This document shows positions 48,542 through 58,066 of a stretch of DNA of 64,000 bases, piece by piece. The DNA is from Candidatus Coatesbacteria bacterium. GTDB lineage: Bacteria > RBG-13-66-14 > B26-G2 > JAUVZD01. The notes below the pieces were generated by a model that saw only the letters and a program-made list of their open reading frames with translations, did no database searches and had not been told where the DNA came from. The stretch is from NCBI GenBank assembly GCA_030602715.1, contig JAUVZD010000007.1:13581-77580 (forward strand), read 5' to 3'. Both the position numbers and the translations under genes were made by a program. Numbering within the stretch: position 1 is the first letter of the stretch; each line of letters opens with the position of its first letter.

Positions 48542-48966
48542 AGGTTGATCTTATAGTTGTTGGGGAGAACAATGGGTATAGTAATATGTAAAAACCCTTC
48601 CCTGTAACTCGCCTGGGCTTCCTCTCCAAGGACATCAACCGGCATCTCTATCTGACGGAAGAAACGACCGTAGTCTATCTCCATCTGGACAAACTTTATC
48701 CGCCGCCCCTCATCAAAGTCCTCACGAAAACCTTCAATGGTCAACAGGCGTTCCTTGAGTTTTATCCTCACTTTATCCTTATCCACACCTGCCAAATCCA
48801 CCTTGACCACTATATCCTTGCCGGTGACGAATATGTCAATATTCGGCGCCCAGACACTATCCGAGAGCATCACATATCTGGGTTTGACCCGATGCAGACG
48901 CTCAAGGAGCCGTTCTATACTCTCATGTCCCTCTTCGGGGTTATATTCTCTTCTGGAAGAACCCAT
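48538..48966 (-). CDS. Hsp20/alpha-crystallin protein
   Basis: WAPNIDI, DLAGVDKD, YGRFFRQI, ASYREGFLHITIP. Confidence 0.9.
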   Translation of the reverse strand: MGSSRREYNPEEGHESIERLLERLHRVKPRYVMLSDSVWAPNIDIFVTGKDIVVKVDLAGVDKDKVRIKLKERLLTIEGFREDFDEGRRIKFVQMEIDYGRFFRQIEMPVDVLGEEAQASYREGFLHITIPIVLPNNYKINL

Positions 48967-49207
48967 AAAGCCTACCTCTTGTCCTCTATTTTCCTTCACC
49001 AAGCAAAAAGTATATATAAAGAAGCAATTGGTCATATTAACACACAGAAACAGGGTTTTCAAGACATTTTCACACCATCAAGACCACATTCCCATCTTTT
49101 TATAATTGACTCTCCATCCATAAAGTTCCCCATCCGCATCAAATCTACTCCCTTGACTGTGGTTTAGTTCTTAGTTAAAATGTCAAAAACAAAATTAAGG
49201 GGAGAAA

Positions 49208-50317
49208 ATGTCCGCAAAAAAGATTCGCTTGCTGGTTCTCTTCGGGGGGGTAAGCGGGGAACACCAGGTCTCCTTGGTCTCCGCCAAGAATGTCATCTCC
49301 GCTGCCGACCGAATGCGCTACGAAATCATCCCCCTGCTCATCACCAAAGAGGGGCGCTGGTTCTCGGCGAATGACCCAACACCCCTCCTTGAGGGGGACA
49401 CTTCCCGCTCTTTCGCCGTCTGCCTGCCCGCAGACCCCAACGAACGACGGCTCCATTCGCTGGAAGAGAAAGAACTCCCTGAATACCTTGCCCACCCCAT
49501 AGACTGCGCCTTCCCGATCCTGCACGGACCCAACGGCGAGGACGGCACCATACAGGGTTTACTTTCCCTGGCGCAGATACCCTATGTCGGTGCCGGAGTG
49601 CTCTCCTCGGCGCTGTTGATGGATAAAGGCTACATGAAGCTGGTCTTCCAAGATGCCGGACTCCCCATAGTCCCCCATCAGGTGCACAGCTACCATCGGT
49701 GGGAGAAAGACCGTCAAGCGGTGATTGTGCAAATAGAGAGTGATCTGCCCTATCCCCTCTTCACCAAACCCTGCAATCTGGGCTCCAGCGTGGGGATCAG
49801 CAGGGCAGGCGACCGGGATGGGCTGGTTCGGGGATTGGAGGATGCCTTCTCCTACGACAACAGGGTGATAGTGGAGAAGGGGGTAAACGCCCGGGAGCTG
49901 GAATGCTCGGTTCTGGGTAACATCAATCCCAGGGCTTCCATCCTGGGGGAGATAGTGCCGTCAAACGAGTTCTACGACTACGCGGCAAAATACATAGATA
50001 ACAACTCCGAGCTCATAATCCCGGCGCCGATAGACGATTCCCTGATGAAGCTGGGGCAGGAGCTGGCGGTCAAAGCCTTCGTCTGCGCCGAAGGACGGGG
50101 AATGGGGCGGGTAGACTTCCTGCTGGATAAGGACACCGGAGAACTCTTCCTGAACGAGATAAACACCATACCCGGCTTCACCCCCATCTCTATGTATCCC
50201 AAGCTGTGGCAGGAGAGTGGTCTATCCTATCCCCGGTTGATAGACGAGTTGGTGCAGCTGGCACAGGAGGAGTTTGAGTCCCACAGTCGGCTGAAAAAGA
50301 GCTACACACCGAATTGA
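49208..50317 (+). CDS. ddl: D-alanine-D-alanine ligase
   Basis: GGVSGEHQVS, HGPNGEDG, GSSVGIS, YDYAAKY, NEINTIPGFT. Confidence 0.97.
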   Translation: MSAKKIRLLVLFGGVSGEHQVSLVSAKNVISAADRMRYEIIPLLITKEGRWFSANDPTPLLEGDTSRSFAVCLPADPNERRLHSLEEKELPEYLAHPIDCAFPILHGPNGEDGTIQGLLSLAQIPYVGAGVLSSALLMDKGYMKLVFQDAGLPIVPHQVHSYHRWEKDRQAVIVQIESDLPYPLFTKPCNLGSSVGISRAGDRDGLVRGLEDAFSYDNRVIVEKGVNARELECSVLGNINPRASILGEIVPSNEFYDYAAKYIDNNSELIIPAPIDDSLMKLGQELAVKAFVCAEGRGMGRVDFLLDKDTGELFLNEINTIPGFTPISMYPKLWQESGLSYPRLIDELVQLAQEEFESHSRLKKSYTPN

Positions 50318-50354
50318 TTGAAGTAAAATCAAAACGTCACAAAAAATTTGAAAT

Positions 50355-51704
50355 ATGCACCTCCTATCGCCAGCGTCCGCCATCATCTTTGACCTGGATG
50401 GAACCCTCTTCAAGACCTCCGCCCTATCCGAGCCCGCCTTCCGCCTGATAGTTGACGCCATCCGCTCCCAGAAGGGCATAGAGATGGACTACTTCTCCGC
50501 CGAAGAGGTAGCTTCCTTCATCGGGCACAGCTTCAACGAGGTCTGGGAGATGGCTTTCGCCCACCATCTGCCCGGTGAAAAGGAGTATGTCCATCACACA
50601 ATGCAGGAAGCGGAACGGAAGATGCTTATGGCTGGAGCGGGAGCGCTCTACGCCGGCGTCCCCGAGCTTCTGCAGAAAACCTCCGAGGAGGGCTATCGCC
50701 TTTATCTAGCCAGCAACTGCTCTGAATTCTATATGCAACCGGTAATTGAAAAGACGGATATCGCCCATCACTTCACCGCCACCTATCCCATAGGGCGCTA
50801 CCCCTATATTAGCGACAAATCCGAGCTTCTATCACTCATAATCGCAGAAAATCCCCACGAAACCGGCTTCATCACAGTGGGAGACCGGGAGATGGACATC
50901 ACCGCCGCACAGGAGAACCACCTGGGTAGCATCGGTGTGCTCTGGGGCTTCGGAGGTGAGCATGAACTCTCCTCTGCAGACCTGCTGGCGGGAAACCCCC
51001 AGCAACTTCACACAATGCTTCTAAAAAAGAACCTGCTGGTCTATGACCTGGCAGATTACATTCTTGAACTGCGGGAAAGGAAGAAAAAGGGGGCGCTGAT
51101 GGTGGGCATCTCGGGCATAGACAACTCCGGCAAGACCACTATTTGTATGAGGCTTTCGGAGAGCTTAAGGAGAGACGACCAGCAGGTGAGCACCATCCAC
51201 ATTGACGATTTCCACAACCCCCAAAAAATCCGCCACCAGGACCCCCAACATCCCTGCATCAGCTTCTACCAACATGGCTTTGACTATTCTGCGCTTGAGG
51301 AGCGGATACTGAAGCCGTTAAGAGAGGAAGGAACGCTTACCACCACCTGGACGGGGATAGACATCTCCACCGACGAACGCACCTTAAGGCGGGACTACAA
51401 CATCCCCCCGGACGGAATCGCCCTGGTTGAGGGTGTCTTCATCTTCCGACAGGCTCTGCGGGACTACTTTGACCTGCGCATATTTGTGGACATCAGCCCC
51501 GAAACCAGTCTGGAGAGGGTGCGCACACGCCACCGCCTGGAGGGGAAAAGGGAGGAGATGGAGCTAAAGGAGAGATACGATAATCGCTACCTTCCGGGAC
51601 AGGATATATACCTGAACGACGATAAGCCCAAAGAGCAAAGTCAGATAATAATTGACAACAACGACCACCAACATCCCTTCTTCACCAAACACCCCTTATT
51701 TTAA
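50355..51704 (+). CDS. HAD phosphatase fused to a uridine-kinase-like P-loop domain
   Basis: FDLDGT, VGDR..D, GVLWGFG; then GIDNSGKTT, HIDDFHNP, VEGVF. Confidence 0.82.
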   Translation: MHLLSPASAIIFDLDGTLFKTSALSEPAFRLIVDAIRSQKGIEMDYFSAEEVASFIGHSFNEVWEMAFAHHLPGEKEYVHHTMQEAERKMLMAGAGALYAGVPELLQKTSEEGYRLYLASNCSEFYMQPVIEKTDIAHHFTATYPIGRYPYISDKSELLSLIIAENPHETGFITVGDREMDITAAQENHLGSIGVLWGFGGEHELSSADLLAGNPQQLHTMLLKKNLLVYDLADYILELRERKKKGALMVGISGIDNSGKTTICMRLSESLRRDDQQVSTIHIDDFHNPQKIRHQDPQHPCISFYQHGFDYSALEERILKPLREEGTLTTTWTGIDISTDERTLRRDYNIPPDGIALVEGVFIFRQALRDYFDLRIFVDISPETSLERVRTRHRLEGKREEMELKERYDNRYLPGQDIYLNDDKPKEQSQIIIDNNDHQHPFFTKHPLF

Positions 51705-51734
51705 TATTAACGGATTTGGGTAAAAAAGATAAAC

Positions 51735-52178
51735 CTACCGACCATACCTCCACATACCCTTCTGACTCTCTTTTGCCCGCCTTAAAGCATCCTCAAAAAG
51801 TTCAACATAACGTAAATTGGGGGGTATGGTCAAAAGCGTTGCCAGCCCCTCCTCCAACAGTCGGGCGTTAACCATCTCCCCATCGGCATAGACATAGGCA
51901 AGCAGGCGACCATATTTATCCCGCTCCTGAATATCCAGCTCCAACTGCACCGACCTCCCCTGCACCAACTGAGCATTCAAACTGCGGGCTTGCTCATAAT
52001 AGGGCTCCCCCACCTCCGGGCAGTCTATGCCGATGTAACGCACCTTTCCCAGCCCCAAGACATATATCGTGTCCCCGTCTATCGCCTCATCACAATAATA
52101 AGTATCCCCGCAGGCGACAAAGGAAACCGCCAGCAGAGCACCGGCGATGACCATCATTACCTTTCCGCCAACGCTCAC
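51735..52178 (-). CDS. Thermonuclease (SNase) lipoprotein
   Basis: IDGDTI, VRYIGIDCPE, DKYGRLLAYVY; lipobox VAC. Confidence 0.9.
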   Translation of the reverse strand: MSVGGKVMMVIAGALLAVSFVACGDTYYCDEAIDGDTIYVLGLGKVRYIGIDCPEVGEPYYEQARSLNAQLVQGRSVQLELDIQERDKYGRLLAYVYADGEMVNARLLEEGLATLLTIPPNLRYVELFEDALRRAKESQKGMWRYGR

Positions 52179-52181
52179 CTC

Positions 52182-53147
52182 TCAATCCCCCGGTAATTCA
52201 AGCAATACTTTAAGCACACCATTCTCAGACGCCTTGCGGAAGGCTTCTATGCCCTCGGACAGCGGGAACACGGCGGAAATCAACGGCTCGGGGTCAATCA
52301 CTCCCTCCGCCAGGGAGCGCAGAGCCGGCTCAAAGGGACCACAGCGGGAGCCGGTGATGTTGATTTCATTTACCACCAGAGGGGTCACCGGCAGGGCGTA
52401 ATCCTCCGCCAGGGTTGACTTCAGCACCAAGGTCCCCTGGGGACGCAGGTGAGCCAGAGACCCTTCAAGCCCCTCCTTGCGTCCGGTTGCCTCCACCACC
52501 ACATCAAAGCGCCGGTCTCTGTCAAGTCGGTCGGCGAAGACGGTCTCAATCCCCAACTGTCGGACGATGTCCAGCTTATGTTCATGACAGCCCACCACGG
52601 TCAACTCCACCCCCAGCGAGCGCATCACCATAGCCACCAGCAGACCCAGCTTGCCGTCCCCGAAGACCGCCACCCGGTCGGTGGGCAGGATGTGGAGTTG
52701 TTCGCAAATCTCCCAGGCGGCGGCGAGGGGTTCGGTGAAGACCGCCTGCCGATCGCTTACCCCGGAGGGCACCTCGTGCAGGTTTGCCAGGGGGAGGGTG
52801 AGGTATTCGGCAAAGACTCCATCCTTCTCCAACATGCCCAGCACCCGACGGTTAGGGCAGTGCCGCCCCAACCCCGCAAGGCAGGTCGCACAACTTCCGC
52901 AGGGGAGGTTGATCTCTCCCACCACCCGCTTGCCCACCCACCGGGGTTCGTCCGCCTCCTCCACTACCCCAACGAACTCGTGCCCCAAGATACCGCTAAA
53001 GTCCATATAACCGCCGTAAAGCTCCAGGTCGGTGCGGCAGATGCCCGCCAGATGTACCCTTATGCGGGCTTCATCCGGCTTCCTTTCGGGAAGGGGCACA
53101 TCCTTGAGGGACAACTCCCCTGCCCTTAAAAGAATCAGTGCTTTCAT
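52182..53147 (-). CDS. Zn-dependent alcohol dehydrogenase (MDR family)
   Basis: GICRTD, GHEFVG, structural Zn Cys cluster, GDGKLG. Confidence 0.9.
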   Translation of the reverse strand: MKALILLRAGELSLKDVPLPERKPDEARIRVHLAGICRTDLELYGGYMDFSGILGHEFVGVVEEADEPRWVGKRVVGEINLPCGSCATCLAGLGRHCPNRRVLGMLEKDGVFAEYLTLPLANLHEVPSGVSDRQAVFTEPLAAAWEICEQLHILPTDRVAVFGDGKLGLLVAMVMRSLGVELTVVGCHEHKLDIVRQLGIETVFADRLDRDRRFDVVVEATGRKEGLEGSLAHLRPQGTLVLKSTLAEDYALPVTPLVVNEINITGSRCGPFEPALRSLAEGVIDPEPLISAVFPLSEGIEAFRKASENGVLKVLLELPGD

Positions 53148-53171
53148 GATGAGGAATGGACGCTTTTCCAG

Positions 53172-53831
53172 TTAATAAGAGAACGCCAAGCCAAAGAAGA
53201 GCATCTTGGCTCTCACATTGGCTATAGGATAGGAGAGCTCCACGGAGAGACCGAAGGGAGACATGAGACCGCCGGAGCGCCCGAAGGTCACATCTATCCC
53301 CAAGGCGACAGCGTCAAACCAGCGTTTCTGCGCATTCTCCCAGTCAATGGTTCCACTGAAGAGCTGGGAGTAGTCCACCTGGGGAGCGTAGAAGCCTTCG
53401 TAGGCAAGATATAATTGCGCCGATTTGGATAGGTCTATGCTGTTCACCAGAGATATCTTGGGAGAAAGAAACTGGGCGCCCCATATGTAATTCATCCACA
53501 GGATGGGAGCGAAGTTGTACAAGGTGTGCCCGGGGGTTGCCTGCCACTTGATATGGAAGCCGAAGGAGGTTCCGGTGGTCTGCAGACCGACATCAAAACG
53601 GCGGGTGGCGCCGTATTGAACATAGAACCCGGCCATATAGTCGGTAACCTGCATGCCGGCGTCCTCCATCTTCTTCTTCTCCTTGGCGTCAAAATAAGCC
53701 GGAACGATTATGTATGAGCGGGCGTTGACCCTCCCTTCACCGATGGTTCGAGCCCCTTGAAAGTTTCCATAAAAACATGAGGTGGAGAAAACGACCAAAA
53801 CCAGCAGAGCAAAGAGCATACGTTTTGCCAT
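53172..53831 (-). CDS. Hypothetical lipoprotein / outer-membrane protein
   Basis: Lipobox STSC; beta-strand pattern ending GLAFSY. Confidence 0.6.
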   Translation of the reverse strand: MAKRMLFALLVLVVFSTSCFYGNFQGARTIGEGRVNARSYIIVPAYFDAKEKKKMEDAGMQVTDYMAGFYVQYGATRRFDVGLQTTGTSFGFHIKWQATPGHTLYNFAPILWMNYIWGAQFLSPKISLVNSIDLSKSAQLYLAYEGFYAPQVDYSQLFSGTIDWENAQKRWFDAVALGIDVTFGRSGGLMSPFGLSVELSYPIANVRAKMLFFGLAFSY

Positions 53832-53984
53832 ATATCCCTCCTAAGAATATGATTTTTACCAAATTACACCAGGATTTCCGTCGGTTCAGCCCCCAAATCT
53901 CTCCAGAAAGAAGTCTATCACCCTCTCATCGTCCCTGTCCGCCAGATAAGGCTTTACAAACATTATCATATCAACCCCCCGGGG

Positions 53985-54881
53985 TCAATCCCCGCTTTCC
54001 CCCGCCCAATCATCAACCCGGGGATAGAATCTTTTCACCACCAATTTAAGCTCCACCTCAAAGGCGAAGTGAAACGGCTGAAGGATGAAAAGCCCCTCCA
54101 GGTTCCCGGAAATGTCCCCCTCAAACACAACTTTCTCAAGATAACCCCTCTGAGGGTGGAAGTAGAGCTCTCCCTTAAGCGGACCCTCCATCCGACCACC
54201 TGTGAGCAATAATGTGCCCTGGTAAAGTATTTTGCCGCTCAATGCGCCCTCAAAGGAGGCTGACCAGCCCTCATCGGTCAGTTCTTTCAGGGTGGCTTGC
54301 CCAACAATATCTCCCCAAAATCCATTACCCTCACCTACCGGATAGTGCAGGGGCTGGCTTATTTCCCAACTCTCCCCCTGCTGGACTTTATCCTGTGGAT
54401 AGAGTGAAGGGAAGAGGGAGAAGACGAAGCTTAAAGCATCCCCATCCAGGTCATCGTAGATTGTGGGAAGCTTGCTTTTTCTCCTAATGTCCCCTTCGGG
54501 GGAGACAAGGATGTGAACCTCTTCCTCCAACAACCCCTGCTCATAGCTCAACCAGAGCTCAGCCGGTTCACCCTCTATGTTGGGGATAATCTCCACATCC
54601 ATAAGCACGGCGCAAAGCTCCACCCCCTTCTCATCCACCTGTAGAATTTCCTGGCTGACCAGTTTGCGATATTGCAATCCCCCCTGAAAAAGCTCTCCGT
54701 CAACCAGGTTTATAATACTCACCTCACCATCCAAGCCCACCGCAAAGTAGCGTATCTCCCCACAGGAGTAGTTCTCGCCGAATCGGGGTGGTTCCTCGGC
54801 GTCTCCCCCCTCATCTACCAAGAAGCCCTGAACCGCAACCAGCGTTATCAGGGCAAAGGTTATCCTGAACTTGTCAAGCAC
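53985..54881 (-). CDS. Hypothetical exported protein
   Basis: GTG start after GGAG; signal-like N-terminus; beta-rich with GESWE motif. Confidence 0.55.
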   Translation of the reverse strand: MLDKFRITFALITLVAVQGFLVDEGGDAEEPPRFGENYSCGEIRYFAVGLDGEVSIINLVDGELFQGGLQYRKLVSQEILQVDEKGVELCAVLMDVEIIPNIEGEPAELWLSYEQGLLEEEVHILVSPEGDIRRKSKLPTIYDDLDGDALSFVFSLFPSLYPQDKVQQGESWEISQPLHYPVGEGNGFWGDIVGQATLKELTDEGWSASFEGALSGKILYQGTLLLTGGRMEGPLKGELYFHPQRGYLEKVVFEGDISGNLEGLFILQPFHFAFEVELKLVVKRFYPRVDDWAGESGD

Positions 54882-54891
54882 AATACTCCGT

Positions 54892-55938
54892 TTAATAGAC
54901 GCTTGCTTTCTCCTCAACCTCTTCCTCACCTTCCCCAGTCCCCTCCAACTCGCTTACTGGCGTCTCCCGCACCAGGGAGTGCACCGAACCTGCCTTCTCC
55001 ACGATAATATACTGGTTCTGTTTCAAGTTGAGCTGTTTGACCCTATCCAGGTAAAACTCCACCTCCGCCCACAGGGTGCAATTGGTCTCAGGAGACCACA
55101 TAATCGTCCCACTACCCCCTCCTTCGCCCTGGGCGAATGTGGAACTGATGCTGGTCTCGCTGACCGTTAGCTCCTCAATGTAAAAATCCACCGAAAAGAC
55201 ATAACAGGGCAACTCCTGCCAGAAGCTATCGCCGACATAAGTATAGGTGGCTAACAGCTTCTCACTGAGGGAAAGCTTACGGTCCCAGGTGCGCGGAAAG
55301 GCTAGGTTGACCTCAACCCCGGTCTCCCAGGTGGATTCGTCCAACAACTGTTCCACCGGGGGCTGAAGCATGAGCAACAGGCAGTTGATGTCTATGGGGG
55401 AGAATTCCTTGATCACCTCGTCCAGGTTATATACATCCAAAGGCTTTCCCCGCTCATCATACGTATAATAAAGCTCCTTGTTTCTCAACATGGAGTCTAC
55501 GGACACCATTGGCGGAATGGGGGTGCCGTTTATCACCCAGGTCTGCATCGCCTCGGTGAAGACGATCTTCATTGCGGAGGCGTCCTCAAGCGGATACGGC
55601 GGTCGGTAGGGTTGCACTCCTTCCCCCTCCTCGCCCTCCGGTGGCGTCTCATAGACGACAATCGCACCAACCCAATCCGTTTGCGCTTGCGAAAAGTTCA
55701 GCTTGACCATGGACTCGGTGATGGATTCGGCGGGTAGACCCAAACCGTTGACGATGCCGGAGTCGTCCTGCACCACCAGCATACTCTCGCCTACGGAGTA
55801 GGTGTAATTTACTGTTTCATCCAGTAAAAACGATATTTGTGGTGATTCCTCCTCCCCTTCTCCCTCCTCGGCGTTCTGGGGAAAAGCGGCGGTGGTCAGC
55901 AAAAAGAACATGATTAATGCAACTGAAAGCTCCTTCAT
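54892..55938 (-). CDS. Hypothetical exported acidic protein
   Basis: Signal peptide MKELSVAL..AAF; ESTWE motif. Confidence 0.6.
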   Translation of the reverse strand: MKELSVALIMFFLLTTAAFPQNAEEGEGEEESPQISFLLDETVNYTYSVGESMLVVQDDSGIVNGLGLPAESITESMVKLNFSQAQTDWVGAIVVYETPPEGEEGEGVQPYRPPYPLEDASAMKIVFTEAMQTWVINGTPIPPMVSVDSMLRNKELYYTYDERGKPLDVYNLDEVIKEFSPIDINCLLLMLQPPVEQLLDESTWETGVEVNLAFPRTWDRKLSLSEKLLATYTYVGDSFWQELPCYVFSVDFYIEELTVSETSISSTFAQGEGGGSGTIMWSPETNCTLWAEVEFYLDRVKQLNLKQNQYIIVEKAGSVHSLVRETPVSELEGTGEGEEEVEEKASVY

Positions 55939-56172
55939 CTCTACCCAAATCCTCCCTCTTCGCTCTTCTTTATAGGAATTAAAACAGTGAGCAAATATAA
56001 CATAATTTTGCATCCGACTACAAAAGAAAACGCATCCGAAAGTATGGTTGACTGGACAGGTTCATTATGATATTATTGGTAGAAGTTTTTCACATTTATA
56101 TCTGAGATTCTGAATCTCCGCCATAAAAAGATAAAAGCCCGATACTTTTTCCAAATCCAAGAGAAATCCCCC

Positions 56173-56409
56173 ATGCCCATCTACGAGTTCGCCTGCACAG
56201 AATGTGGCCATCAATTTGAGCTACTGATGTCCTGCAAAGATGACTCACCACTATGTCCGCAGTGCGGCTGTGAGGTGAGAAAGCTCTTCTCCGCCTTCGC
56301 CTGCACCACAGGCGAGAAGCGCACCTCCCTGGGGGAGATTCAGTCCTCCCGCTCCACCTCATCCGTCTGCGCCTCCTGCAGGACCAGAAACTGCGCCTCC
56401 TGCACCTAA
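56173..56409 (+). CDS. FmdB-family zinc-ribbon protein
   Basis: MPIYEFACTECGH..CPQCG..KLFSAF; C-terminal CxxC..CxxC. Confidence 0.88.
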   Translation: MPIYEFACTECGHQFELLMSCKDDSPLCPQCGCEVRKLFSAFACTTGEKRTSLGEIQSSRSTSSVCASCRTRNCASCT

Positions 56410-56500
56410 ACTTCCTCCCATCACCCAGCTTAAGCCAAGAAAAATCCATTGGAATAGGAGTGGAATTTATGTTAACTTTCTCCCATCCTACCACTACCTA

Positions 56501-58066
56501 TTGTCTATGCCAGCCCCCCACAAAGCCCATAGACCGCTGATCCTTTCCGTATTCCTCCTAGCCCTTCTGGGGTTAGCATTACTACAGAGCCTGAGCCTGC
56601 CTCGCTGGAGCACCGGTTTTCTCGCCGCCCAGAGTGCCCGCACCCTCATCCTCACCGGCTCAACCGACCTCAACAGAATGACCTCCCCTCCCCCTGAGGA
56701 GGAGGGGAACAACCTCCCCTTAACCCGCATGGGCCCGGGGTATGCCTCGGTCAATCTGGGGCATGTACTGACTATGCTACCCTTCGCTGGTCTGGGGGAG
56801 CTTGCTCAGAGTATCTTCAACCATCCCCAGCCGGACTTCATCCCCCTCAAGTTCTGCTCCGTCTCCAACCTGCTCTTCTCCGCTCTCGTTCCCGCCCTAC
56901 TGCTAGCCCTCCTGCTCGCCCTGGGTTTCACCCCAAGAGTGAGTCTGGCAACCACCGCCCTATTCTCCCTTGCCACCATCTTCGGGGCTTTCGCTCTGGG
57001 CTCGGAGTGCTCCGAGGCACTGCTGGCTTTCGCCCTGCTCGCCTCCTTCTATTCGCTGGTCCGTTACTCGCAAAACCACCGACCAGGGTGGCTGGCGTTA
57101 AGCTCTGTTTCCGCCTTATATCTGGTATCGCTCAAGCCCTATGCCCCCATATTCATCATCCCTCTTGCGGTCTATCTCCTCCTGGTCAGTCCCCCACCCT
57201 GGCGCAGAAACTGGACCGACTTGGCGTTCCTACTGCTCCCCAGCCTGGTGATGTCGGGCGTGGTGTTCGCCTTCAACTACCAACGCTTCGGCTTAATATG
57301 GGGCATGTTCTCACCTTTTGAGCTTTGGGGAAGCGGTAATATCGCAAGCGGAATCTACGGCTTGTTGCTTTCCCCCGGCGCCGGTCTATTTCTCTACTCC
57401 CCTGTGCTTCTTCTCTCACTATTGGGTCTGCGCCGCTTCTTCCACCTGCACCGGCGGGAGGCTATCTTCGCCCTGCTCAATCTGGCTCTGCTCCTGGTCC
57501 TCTTCTCCCCCTGCTGGTTCTGGGGGGGAGATTTCCTGTGGGGAAGCCGTTACCTGCTGGTCGCTATTGCCCCGCTTATGGTCGCCTGCGCCCACCTGTT
57601 GAAAAAGGTCAGCAGGCGGGCAAAATACATCGCCCTGGTCGCCTTCTTGACCATCGGACTCGTGGTGCAGATTCCCTCCTGGTTCATCTCCCTGAGTGCC
57701 CCATCGGAGTTGATTCCCTCCTACCCCCTGCTGGCTAACTATCCGGAATGTTCCCCTCTGGCACTGAAATGGCAGGCTCTGGGGGTGCAGTTGGGAAAGG
57801 TCTTCGGCAAATCAGCAGGCGTTTTAGAGATCTACGATTGGAGCAGGATAAGCCGATTGGGAATGGAAGCCTTTGCGGGAGACCAAATCCTGCGCCCCTT
57901 CACCCTGCGAGTCCTGGTGAGTCCCACCGCAAAAATTGAAACCATGCTGGCGGTATCCCTGGTGGCGGTGCTACTTATAATTGGGGTTGTATTTTTTGCC
58001 CTAAGAATCCCTGGCACAATCAGGAAGTGGGGAGATAATGAGAAAAGGGGGCTGGAGGGACGATGA
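56501..58066 (+). CDS. GT-C-like polytopic membrane protein
   Basis: FNYQRFG, GLLLSPGAGLFLYSP, WGSRYL. Confidence 0.65.
   Translation: MSMPAPHKAHRPLILSVFLLALLGLALLQSLSLPRWSTGFLAAQSARTLILTGSTDLNRMTSPPPEEEGNNLPLTRMGPGYASVNLGHVLTMLPFAGLGELAQSIFNHPQPDFIPLKFCSVSNLLFSALVPALLLALLLALGFTPRVSLATTALFSLATIFGAFALGSECSEALLAFALLASFYSLVRYSQNHRPGWLALSSVSALYLVSLKPYAPIFIIPLAVYLLLVSPPPWRRNWTDLAFLLLPSLVMSGVVFAFNYQRFGLIWGMFSPFELWGSGNIASGIYGLLLSPGAGLFLYSPVLLLSLLGLRRFFHLHRREAIFALLNLALLLVLFSPCWFWGGDFLWGSRYLLVAIAPLMVACAHLLKKVSRRAKYIALVAFLTIGLVVQIPSWFISLSAPSELIPSYPLLANYPECSPLALKWQALGVQLGKVFGKSAGVLEIYDWSRISRLGMEAFAGDQILRPFTLRVLVSPTAKIETMLAVSLVAVLLIIGVVFFALRIPGTIRKWGDNEKRGLEGR

Noticed and set aside
43992-48548. Many antisense ORFs over groEL and lon (and elsewhere, e.g. 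60045-60962)
   Set aside because: Shadow ORFs caused by codon bias of real genes on the opposite strand.
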